Source: a virus (Duplodnaviria > Caudoviricetes). Taken from it: a DNA stretch of 39,763 nt. The stretch covers positions 1-39,763 of the IMG/VR virus record IMGVR_UViG_3300032248_000908; one strand, 5' to 3'. The translations under genes were made by a program, and so were the position numbers. This document shows positions 18,525 to 25,127 of the stretch, piece by piece (position 1 is the first letter of the stretch; each line of letters opens with the position of its first letter). Under the pieces are notes generated by a model. That model saw only the letters and a program-made list of their open reading frames with translations, was not told where the DNA came from and did no database searches.

Positions 18525-18968
18525 ATGGAACCTTCCCAATGGCTATGGGAAGGAGAAGAATTTAAAGAAGAACACATTGAAGACTTCTTTGGGTTTGTGT
18601 ACTGCATAACAAACACCCAAACGAACAAGAAGTACATTGGTCGCAAATACTTTTATTCCACCAACCGCATAAAACAAAAAGGTAAGAAGAATCGCAAGGT
18701 TGTGCGTAAGCAGTCCGATTGGAAAGACTACTACGGCAGCTCTAAGAATCTTCTTGCTGATATCGAAGTTATCGGCAAGGAACATTTCCGCCGAGAAATC
18801 TTATCGCTACACGAAAGTCGAGGCGATGTCAACTACAATGAGATTCGTGAACAAGTCGTCCGGGATGTGTTAACTTCCGACGACTACTACAACGAAAATA
18901 TCCTCAGCCGCTACTTCCGCAAGTCCAAAACCTACCTCTCAAAATTCGCAAAAAATAATTCTCTCTAG
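18525..18968 (+). CDS. GIY-YIG endonuclease (short, SegE-like)
   Basis: GFVYCITN...KKYIGRK, W..YYGSS, F.REIL, YYN.NI. Confidence 0.88.
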   Translation: MEPSQWLWEGEEFKEEHIEDFFGFVYCITNTQTNKKYIGRKYFYSTNRIKQKGKKNRKVVRKQSDWKDYYGSSKNLLADIEVIGKEHFRREILSLHESRGDVNYNEIREQVVRDVLTSDDYYNENILSRYFRKSKTYLSKFAKNNSL

Positions 18969-18991
18969 TTTAAATTTTTTTAAAAAAGTCC

Positions 18992-19039
18992 TTTTATTTT
19001 TTTATTAATTGGTTTATACTATATTCATAGTTGAGCTAA
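18992..19039 (+). promoter_or_regulatory. Early promoter cassette 1 (degenerate -35 TTTTAT, N17, TATACT, shared leader)
   Basis: TATACT-ATATTCATAGTTGAGCTAA identical to cassettes 2 and 5. Confidence 0.75.
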
Positions 19040-19049
19040 GGCAAAAGAA

Positions 19050-19244
19050 ATGACTCTGAAAGAAATCAAGGCTGAAGTATACGCGCAAGGTTCTTGCGTC
19101 GTCCTACTGCCGAAGCGCACCGCCAAGCGCACGATTGCTGCTCTCCAGCGCGATGGCTACGGTCCTGACTTTATGTTTCGGGATTTGGATGGCAACGAAG
19201 GCTGGAGAGTTTACGGCGAGCCTGACCCGTATATCAACAAGTAA
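19050..19244 (+). CDS. Early hypothetical protein
   Basis: Follows cassette 1; AAGG RBS. Confidence 0.7.
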   Translation: MTLKEIKAEVYAQGSCVVLLPKRTAKRTIAALQRDGYGPDFMFRDLDGNEGWRVYGEPDPYINK

Positions 19245-19254
19245 GGAGAATACT

Positions 19255-19440
19255 ATGAACGACTACCTGTTTGAAGGCGTGCGGCAGCTCAAGGGCATCA
19301 TCGCCGCTTTTCAGAACGAACTCGCTGGACTCTTGTGGGTCAACACGCTTGAGGCACGTAAACGTGAACAGGTGTTGATAACGGCTATCTGCGCCCACAT
19401 GCAGGCGGTCGATAAACTCGAAGCCATGATGGCAGAGTAA
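19255..19440 (+). CDS. Early hypothetical helical protein
   Basis: TAAGGAG RBS places the start at 19255, not 19135. Confidence 0.75.
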   Translation: MNDYLFEGVRQLKGIIAAFQNELAGLLWVNTLEARKREQVLITAICAHMQAVDKLEAMMAE

Positions 19441-19462
19441 GATGTATCATTAAAAATATCGC

Positions 19463-19510
19463 TTGACTTTATTTTTTTATTTTATTATACTATATTCATA
19501 GTTGAGCTAA
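19463..19510 (+). promoter_or_regulatory. Early promoter cassette 2, TTGACT-N17-TATACT + leader
   Basis: Counted directly. Confidence 0.9.
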
Positions 19511-19523
19511 AGAGGAAATGACC

Positions 19524-19739
19524 ATGACCAACCTGACTCGCGAAGAACAAAAAGCCATTCTGCTGCGCCGCTTTCCTGAAGCCGACCGCATCGTCTTCGA
19601 CACTGAATTCAAACAGTGGAATGTAATTACTATCATCGGTGTGGAAGACGAGTACGGCGATATCGAAACCGATATCTTAGCCTACATCCCCGGCACTCGG
19701 AAGTTCAGCTTCGCCGGTCACATCTCTGTCGAAATCTAA
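19524..19739 (+). CDS. Early hypothetical acidic protein
   Basis: GAGGA RBS best spaced to the second ATG (19524). Confidence 0.75.
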   Translation: MTNLTREEQKAILLRRFPEADRIVFDTEFKQWNVITIIGVEDEYGDIETDILAYIPGTRKFSFAGHISVEI

Positions 19740-19749
19740 GGAGAATACT

Positions 19750-19827
19750 ATGGAATACGTGTCTGAATTGATGATTGGGGTTGCGATAGCCGTGTACTGT
19801 GCAGTCTACGTCTTCGGAAACCGATAG
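19750..19827 (+). CDS. 25-aa single-TM peptide (not in ORF track)
   Basis: TAAGGAG RBS; MEYVSELMIGVAIAVYCAVYVFGNR. Confidence 0.7.
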   Translation: MEYVSELMIGVAIAVYCAVYVFGNR

Positions 19828-19836
19828 GAGAACATC

Positions 19837-19956
19837 ATGAGCAAACCGAACATCGTCGCGAAAGACCTGCGCACCCCGAAGTACCGGCAGCGAGTCGTCC
19901 GCGACCGCACCAAATACTCTCGGAAGGGCAAGGGCAAAAAATCCCTTGACTTTTAA
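19837..19956 (+). CDS. 39-aa basic ArfA-like peptide (not in ORF track)
   Basis: AGGAG RBS; MSKPNIVAKDLRTPKYRQRVVRDRTKYSRKGKGKKSLDF. The ORF is well supported; the ArfA relationship is by recalled motif similarity. Confidence 0.6.
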   Translation: MSKPNIVAKDLRTPKYRQRVVRDRTKYSRKGKGKKSLDF

Positions 19957-19995
19957 TTAATATAAAATTATACTATACCTATAGTAACTGAGGAG
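19946..19995 (+). promoter_or_regulatory. Early promoter cassette 3, TTGACT-N17-TATACT
   Basis: Leader variant ATACCTATAGTAACTGAGGAG. Confidence 0.9.
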
Positions 19996-20001
19996 ATGAT
20001 C

Positions 20002-20205
20002 ATGGAAACCATCGCGTACGACTGCGTCGGCTTCAACCACAAGATGTCCCACGAAATGATGAACGATGTGTTCAGCAACCCTGAGAAGTATCTCTCGGTC
20101 GCCTTCTTGGCTATTGGGGCGCACACCGATTTGGTGCCGACCGTGGCTCTCGAGGCTCTCGTCTCGATGCTCCAGGTCGAGCTGCGCGAGCGCGACATCG
20201 CTTAA
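20002..20205 (+). CDS. Early hypothetical protein
   Basis: GAGGAG RBS best spaced to ATG 20002. Confidence 0.75.
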   Translation: METIAYDCVGFNHKMSHEMMNDVFSNPEKYLSVAFLAIGAHTDLVPTVALEALVSMLQVELRERDIA

Positions 20206-20212
20206 AAAGTCC

Positions 20213-20260
20213 TTGACTTTTAAATAATATAAAAGTATACTATACCTATAGTTGAGCTAA
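20213..20260 (+). promoter_or_regulatory. Early promoter cassette 4, TTGACT-N17-TATACT
   Basis: Leader ATACCTATAGTTGAGCTAA. Confidence 0.9.
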
Positions 20261-20272
20261 CGAGGAACTGTG

Positions 20273-20428
20273 ATGAAAAAAGTCTACTCTGTTGTGATTG
20301 ATGCTGACAGCTACTCTTGGACGGTTGGCGTGTTCGACGACCTCGACGAAGCCTACGCCGAGCGCGATGAGATGCAGTACTCGCAGCCCTGCCCAGTGTC
20401 TATCGTCGTTTCTTACGTTGAAGCTTAA
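20273..20428 (+). CDS. 51-aa acidic early protein (not in ORF track)
   Basis: GAGGA RBS; MKKVYSVVIDADSYSWTVGVFDDLDEAYAERDEMQYSQPCPVSIVVSYVEA. Confidence 0.75.
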   Translation: MKKVYSVVIDADSYSWTVGVFDDLDEAYAERDEMQYSQPCPVSIVVSYVEA

Positions 20429-20438
20429 GGAGAACATC

Positions 20439-20726
20439 ATGGAACAATTGTACGTTACAAATTACGTTCTCGAAATCAAACACGCTCTTGCCAACCGAGC
20501 TGCTGACGCCATGAACGTCAGTCGAGACAACCGGAGTGCTATGCAGTTCGTTAACGATGCTGCTGAGACGGTGATTTACGATTGGTTAGAATACCTCGAC
20601 TTCTCTAACCGCGAAGACTGTCTTGAAGTTGTCGCTCTAATCGAGAACGGGGCAACCCTCGGCGAAGACATGGTCGAGGCAGTAGAAAGTCAGATGTACT
20701 TCACCGGAACTATAAACCGTATTTAA
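20439..20726 (+). CDS. Acidic early hypothetical protein
   Basis: TAAGGAG RBS places the start at 20439, not 20298. Confidence 0.75.
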   Translation: MEQLYVTNYVLEIKHALANRAADAMNVSRDNRSAMQFVNDAAETVIYDWLEYLDFSNREDCLEVVALIENGATLGEDMVEAVESQMYFTGTINRI

Positions 20727-20733
20727 AAAATCC

Positions 20734-20781
20734 TTGACTTTATTTATTAAAAATAATATACTATATTCATAGTTGAGCTAA
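20734..20781 (+). promoter_or_regulatory. Early promoter cassette 5, TTGACT-N17-TATACT + leader
   Basis: Counted directly. Confidence 0.9.
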
Positions 20782-20792
20782 AGGAGAAGACC

Positions 20793-21044
20793 ATGAACTA
20801 CCGTAACGAAATCATCGACATGACCATCCGCTATGTCTCCCAGGAATACGATTTGCCAGCCGGTAGCCGCTTCCTGGCCAAGGCGGCTGAGGAAGTGACC
20901 GAGTACTGGTTCGAAGGCGACTTCGAGTTCGACTGCGGTATGGATGCGCAGGAAGCCGTGGGCGACTACGCTCTGGCCGAGCGAGTGATGTCGAAGTACT
21001 TTCAGCTCGAACACGAAGCCAACGTTCGCGGCGCAATGTTTTAA
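20793..21044 (+). CDS. Acidic early hypothetical protein
   Basis: AAGGAG RBS; D/E- and aromatic-rich. Confidence 0.8.
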   Translation: MNYRNEIIDMTIRYVSQEYDLPAGSRFLAKAAEEVTEYWFEGDFEFDCGMDAQEAVGDYALAERVMSKYFQLEHEANVRGAMF

Positions 21045-21054
21045 GGAGAACAAA

Positions 21055-21246
21055 ATGATTATCAAAGCCAAAATTGCAGGATTCCAGTTCGAGACCACTC
21101 TTGACTTGTTCTTTCTGGACAATCCCGGTCTTGACCGAGACAAAGACCTCTTAGCCGAAGAGCTGCGTCGGATGGGCGACGCTGTTCTTTATAACTTTAA
21201 CGACTCTTACGACGTCGCCTGCTTTCTTACTCTTATTGAGGAATAA
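21055..21246 (+). CDS. Acidic early hypothetical protein
   Basis: TAAGGAG RBS. Confidence 0.75.
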   Translation: MIIKAKIAGFQFETTLDLFFLDNPGLDRDKDLLAEELRRMGDAVLYNFNDSYDVACFLTLIEE

Positions 21247-21250
21247 TAAC

Positions 21251-21712
21251 ATGGGTCTTGATATGTACATGACTGGTCGCCGTTATCTTTCTGAGCATGA
21301 TAACAACGAAACCGTGCAAGCTGCGCGAACTGCTATCTCTAAAGCCATTCAGAAACTGGGCGCTCCGGCTGGCAGCAATGTGAGAACTGCCGACGTCGAA
21401 GTCGCCTACTGGCGCAAGGCAAATGCTGTGCACCGATGGATGGTTGAGAACATCCAGGATGGTCGAGATGATTGCGGAGAGTATTACTTCTCTACGACGA
21501 AGATGCAAGAACTTCTTGATGCTTGCTACGAGGTTCTTAGTGACTTCAACAAGGTAGAAGAAACGCTGCCGCCTACTAGCGGATTCTTCTTCGGCTCGAC
21601 TCAAGTCGATTACTTGTACTGGCAAGATATTGAGTACACTCGCGACCGTCTTATCGAATGTCTGAAGCCGGAGTACTCTAACTGGGAATTCTACTACCGA
21701 GCTTCCTGGTAG
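21251..21712 (+). CDS. Conserved phage protein (MGLDMY...YWRKAN family)
   Basis: GAGGA RBS; MGLDMY, YWRKANAVHRW, LPPTSGFFFGS, FYYRASW motifs. Confidence 0.8.
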   Translation: MGLDMYMTGRRYLSEHDNNETVQAARTAISKAIQKLGAPAGSNVRTADVEVAYWRKANAVHRWMVENIQDGRDDCGEYYFSTTKMQELLDACYEVLSDFNKVEETLPPTSGFFFGSTQVDYLYWQDIEYTRDRLIECLKPEYSNWEFYYRASW

Positions 21713-21741
21713 TTGACTTTTAAATAATAATAGATTATACT
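21713..21741 (+). promoter_or_regulatory. Early promoter 6, TTGACT-N17-TATACT (different leader)
   Basis: Counted directly; upstream of the DUF932 gene. Confidence 0.88.
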
Positions 21742-21777
21742 TTATTTGTAATTTGAAAAACACATTGGAGATATAAC

Positions 21778-22749
21778 ATGGCTCATATGGTTGAAGAAAT
21801 TAATGGTGTTGCTCAGATGGCTTATACCGGCGATGTGCCGTGGCATGGTCTGGGTAAACGTGTTAGCAACGACCTTTCCCCCGAACAGATGCTCGAAGCT
21901 GCTGGTCTTAACTGGGGTGTTGAGAAGGTTCCGCTCTTCGCCGATTATAACGGCAAGCAGATTCGAACTGGAGCTGAAGCTCTGGTCCGCGACCTTGATG
22001 ACAAGGTTCTTACCATTGTAACCGATACCTGGAATCCTTGCCAGAATCGCGATGCGTTCGAGTTCTTTAACGACTTTACCGCTGCTGGCGATATGGAAAT
22101 GCACACTGCTGGTTCGCTCAAAGGTGGTCAGCATGTCTGGGCTCTTGCTAAGATTAAAGAGTCATTCGAACTCTTTGGTGGAGACAAGGTGGACGGTTAC
22201 TTGCTGTTCTCTAATCCTCACCAGTTCGGTAAGAGCATTACCGTTCAGTTCACTCCTATTCGAGTAGTCTGCAACAACACTCTTACGCTGTCTCTCGGTA
22301 CCAAGACCGACAAGATGGTTAAGGTTAATCATCGTCGAGTGTTTGACGGAGACGACGTTAAAGAAACCCTCGGAGTGGCTAAGGACAAGCTTGCCAAGTA
22401 CAAGGAAATGTCTGCCTTCCTCGGTAAGAAGCTCTATACGCCTGCTACGCTTATCGAGTACTTCAATCAGGTCTTCCCCAAGACGTCTGATAAGAAGAAC
22501 GACAAGGACAAGATTGGTGTGCCTCAGTCTCGTGCGGCTGAACTCGCCATGGTTGCTGTTGATGCACAGCCTGGAGCGGAGTTCGCCAAGGGTAGCTGGT
22601 GGCAGGCATACAATGCTGTGACTTACCTGACTGACCATCAGCTCGGTCGTTCTACAGATACTCGTCTGTATAGCGCATGGTATGGCGTTAATCAGACTAA
22701 GAAAGTCCAGGCTCTTAACCTTGCTGTTCAGATGGCGGAGGCTGCATAG
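21778..22749 (+). CDS. DUF932 / TIGR03299 phage-plasmid-like protein
   Basis: MAH.VE, PWHGLG, QN..AF.FF, TAGSL.GG, TPIRVVCNNTL, W.AYNAVT. Confidence 0.9.
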   Translation: MAHMVEEINGVAQMAYTGDVPWHGLGKRVSNDLSPEQMLEAAGLNWGVEKVPLFADYNGKQIRTGAEALVRDLDDKVLTIVTDTWNPCQNRDAFEFFNDFTAAGDMEMHTAGSLKGGQHVWALAKIKESFELFGGDKVDGYLLFSNPHQFGKSITVQFTPIRVVCNNTLTLSLGTKTDKMVKVNHRRVFDGDDVKETLGVAKDKLAKYKEMSAFLGKKLYTPATLIEYFNQVFPKTSDKKNDKDKIGVPQSRAAELAMVAVDAQPGAEFAKGSWWQAYNAVTYLTDHQLGRSTDTRLYSAWYGVNQTKKVQALNLAVQMAEAA

Positions 22750-22787
22750 CCTCCCCTAATTATAACGCTGCAGAGCATAACAACAAC

Positions 22788-22833
22788 ACCCACGACGCCT
22801 CTCTATAGAAGCGCACCAGCGTGGGTTTCTTAA
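22788..22833 (+). promoter_or_regulatory. Bulged stem-loop with T-rich tail in the hps leader
   Basis: ACCCACG/CGTGGGT outer stem, CGCCTCT/AGAAGCG inner stem with one mismatch, CACCAG bulge; a second hairpin GGAGGCT/AGCCTCC at 22737-22754. Confidence 0.5.
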
Positions 22834-22851
22834 TCTTGAGGAAAGTAAATA

Positions 22852-23490
22852 ATGGCATTGATTCAAGCAGCACTCGATACTCTAGACTATGAACAAACAA
22901 TTCGTCTAGCACAGCGCATCTCACCCTATGTAGACATCATTGAACTCGGCACTCCCTGTGTCAAATATAATGGTATTCGTATCGTCGAAACAGTTCACAC
23001 GCTTACAGGTCCAAAGTGTTTAACACTTGCCGATCTTAAGACAATGGATGCTGGCTTATATGAAGCATCTCCATTCTACGAAGCCGGTGCTGATATTGTT
23101 ACCGTTCTTGGTGCAGCTGATGCTGGTACTATTAAGGGTGTAGTTGAAGCGTCTAAGACTACTAAAGCCCAAGCACAAGTTGATCTGATTAATGTAAAGA
23201 ATAAACTAGAAACTGTTGCTCTTGCGTATGAACTTGGCGCTCATATCATTGGTGTACATACTGGGCTAGATCAGCAGGCAAAAGGTCAGACTCCTTTTGA
23301 AGACCTAAAGAAAGTTCAGCAAATGAAAGTCGGTCTAAAGATCTCTGTTGCTGGTGGTATTAACAAAGATACCATTCGCCAAGCAATCGATGCTGGTGCT
23401 GATATTGTTGTAGTAGGTGCAGCAATCTATGGCGCCACTGATCCTGTTCGCGCTGCTGCTGAGATTTGGGAAGCTGTTCAACGTGGCTAA
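22852..23490 (+). CDS. hxlA: 3-hexulose-6-phosphate synthase (RuMP pathway)
   Basis: Q.ALD, ELGTP, DLKTMDAG.YEA, DLINV, GVHTGLDQQA.GQTPF.DL, SVAGGI, VVGAAIYGA.DP; methylotroph-type Hps signature. Confidence 0.95.
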   Translation: MALIQAALDTLDYEQTIRLAQRISPYVDIIELGTPCVKYNGIRIVETVHTLTGPKCLTLADLKTMDAGLYEASPFYEAGADIVTVLGAADAGTIKGVVEASKTTKAQAQVDLINVKNKLETVALAYELGAHIIGVHTGLDQQAKGQTPFEDLKKVQQMKVGLKISVAGGINKDTIRQAIDAGADIVVVGAAIYGATDPVRAAAEIWEAVQRG

Positions 23491-24049
23491 TTATTCTGAT
23501 GTTCTTGATATTTTAAGAGACGAACTGCTCTATACCGAAAAGGAAACATGTCAGCAGCTTATTGATGTACTCATTCATACGATAAGTCGGAAAGAACATT
23601 ATAATGGTGGAAGAGTGTTTATTGCTGCTGCTGGTAGATCTAAGATGGTTGCCAATATGTTTGCAATGCGAATGATGCATTGTGGGCTAAATGTGCAGGT
23701 AGTTGGAGAAACCACTACAACTCAGATAACAAGATTTGATTCGCTTCTTCTTGTTTCTGGTTCGGGTGAGACTAAGCAATTGATCAATTTTGCTGAGAAG
23801 GCAAAGTCGGTTCGTTCTGAAGTGTTATTAGTAACAGCAAATCCAACTTCTACTCTTAGGAATATGGCTGATAAGACTTTCCAGATTGGTCCATCAAGTA
23901 GAGTTCTATCTCCTAATAAAAATCTTCCTCTTGGTAGCAGGTTTGAACTCTCTACTATGATATTCTTTGAGACAGTCATTCTTAATTTTATGGAACAACT
24001 TCAATTAAATGAAGACAATTTAAGAAATTGTCATACTAATTTGGAATAA
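23483..24049 (+). CDS. hxlB: 6-phospho-3-hexuloisomerase (SIS domain)
   Basis: RVFIAAAGRS, FAMRMMH.G, VGETTT, SGSGET, PLGSRFE, terminal HTNLE (canonical HANLE); GTG start overlapping the hps end. Confidence 0.92.
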   Translation: MANYSDVLDILRDELLYTEKETCQQLIDVLIHTISRKEHYNGGRVFIAAAGRSKMVANMFAMRMMHCGLNVQVVGETTTTQITRFDSLLLVSGSGETKQLINFAEKAKSVRSEVLLVTANPTSTLRNMADKTFQIGPSSRVLSPNKNLPLGSRFELSTMIFFETVILNFMEQLQLNEDNLRNCHTNLE

Positions 24050-24056
24050 ATAAATA
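24045..24056 (+). promoter_or_regulatory. Overlapping late promoter variants AATAAATA upstream of tmRNA
   Basis: AATAAATAAATA immediately before the acceptor piece. Confidence 0.55.
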
Positions 24057-24061
24057 GTATT

Positions 24062-24430
24062 GTTGGTATGGTCGTATGAAGTAAAGGGAAGGTATTCTGG
24101 ACGGGAGTGCGATTCTCCCCACCTCCACCAAAAGCATATTGTAAATATGATGCTGTCGAAGCACACTGGTTCAGCAATCAATAAATGTTTCGTGAGTATG
24201 CTTTTGACGGGGGTGACTAGATTCGACAGGGTAAGATACTGATACAGACGACTCGGTAGGCGATGACCGTAAATCAAGCAAAAAAATATAAAAGCCAATG
24301 ATGACTTTTACGGAGATTATGCACTAGCTGCATAATTCTTCTGGGGTTTCGCCAGCTGTCCTTATTATCCAATCAGCTGGCACTTATTTACGGAGTTTGG
24401 CGGTAACTTCTCCGACACCAAAAACCGCAA
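24062..24430 (+). ncRNA. ssrA: Circularly permuted two-piece tmRNA
   Basis: T arm GGGAG-TGCGATT-CTCCC + CACCTCC-A-CCA ending 24130; 78-nt intervening segment; GGGGGTG-ACTAGATTCGAC from 24209 gives a 7-bp acceptor stem with G3:U70; tag GCC 24294-TAA 24335 = ANDDFYGDYALAA. Outer ends approximate. Confidence 0.93.
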
Positions 24431-24445
24431 CCTATAAGGAGCTAT

Positions 24446-24694
24446 ATGCGCATAGACCCACGGTATTCAATTCAGGCAGTGCAACCGACCTATACGGTTC
24501 CTAAAGTAGCAGAGACCAAAGTCGCCGAGATGCAGGTGCAGCATTTTGCAGCCATCATCAATCCTGACCTTTCCGTATCAATTAAGAATATCATTGATGA
24601 CTTCTATACGTATGATCATCTGAACGGCAAGATTGTAATGAAGAAGGTAATCTGCCGAATCAACTCCACCACATTCAAACCAATAGATGCGTAG
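24446..24694 (+). CDS. Hypothetical protein
   Basis: TAAGGAG RBS. Confidence 0.65.
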   Translation: MRIDPRYSIQAVQPTYTVPKVAETKVAEMQVQHFAAIINPDLSVSIKNIIDDFYTYDHLNGKIVMKKVICRINSTTFKPIDA

Positions 24695-24787
24695 GTGATT
24701 ATGAAATCATTTTTATCATTCCTAAGATTTATCCTAGAAGTTGTGAAGAATAAATACAAGAGTACATTCACTAACGGAGAAAACAAC

Positions 24788-25120
24788 ATGGCTGATACAG
24801 AAGCAACCAATCGCTTTGGTAATCTACTGCAAACGATGCAGGATAACCGCTGGAAAATTACGCTAATCAATCTAGGCACATTTGCTCTATTGATTCTTGG
24901 TATCCTATTGGCGATTGTAGTTCAAACACCAGTGGCTTCTGAGTGGAAAGAACTCTTGCTTCTTCTACTTGGTGCTTTTATTGGTAACTATAACAAGACA
25001 GCAGAATTCTGGTTCTCTAACGAAGACCGCGATAAGCTATTAGTCCAGAAGATGGACGAAGAAGACGATGCTCCAGGCACCGCAAAAGCAGAAGTTGATT
25101 TAAAATCTAAAGCAAAGTGA
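24788..25120 (+). CDS. Two-TM membrane protein (holin-like candidate)
   Basis: AATAAATA at 24749-24756 and GGAG RBS favour ATG 24788; two hydrophobic segments, charged tail. Confidence 0.65.
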   Translation: MADTEATNRFGNLLQTMQDNRWKITLINLGTFALLILGILLAIVVQTPVASEWKELLLLLLGAFIGNYNKTAEFWFSNEDRDKLLVQKMDEEDDAPGTAKAEVDLKSKAK

Positions 25121-25127
25121 GGATAAC

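Noticed and set aside
18525-18968. GIY-YIG gene as an active mobile homing element
   Set aside because: It is a short catalytic-domain-only protein, tightly packed in the operon, with no intron context or DNA-binding extension; mobility cannot be supported
19135-20438. N-terminal extensions of ORF-track entries 19135 and 20298
   Set aside because: Strong RBSs define starts at 19255 and 20439, and the extensions overlap better-supported genes in other frames
18985-20790. Regularly recurring ~50-nt repeats resembling a CRISPR array
   Set aside because: The repeats are -35/-10 promoter cassettes separated by 200-500 nt of ORFs with RBSs; spacing is irregular and no cas genes are present
20961-20981. 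Internal GDYALAE in ORF 20793 resembling the tmRNA tag end GDYALAA
   Set aside because: It is internal, not C-terminal, uses different codons, and a short match is plausible by chance
20778-22638. Minus-strand ORFs of 74-176 aa across the early region
   Set aside because: Stop-poor antisense frames caused by high GC3; all promoters and RBSs point to the plus strand
22852-24049. hps-phi as host contamination or a prophage boundary
   Set aside because: Flanked on both sides by T4-like genes and promoter motifs, with phage-like codon usage and no other host operon genes; read mapping is still needed to exclude a chimera
24099-24130. Possible tRNA gene or attP-like tRNA 3' fragment
   Set aside because: The matching 5' acceptor strand lies downstream with a tag ORF, so this is the acceptor piece of a permuted tmRNA; no integrase is present
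24060-24298. ORF-track entries 24060-24242 (+) and 24020-24298 (-)
   Set aside because: They overlap the tmRNA structural elements and have no RBS or protein-like features
24391-24430. preQ1-I riboswitch-like hairpin with A-rich tail
   Set aside because: The loop lacks the conserved preQ1-binding sequence; better explained as a tmRNA-associated pseudoknot
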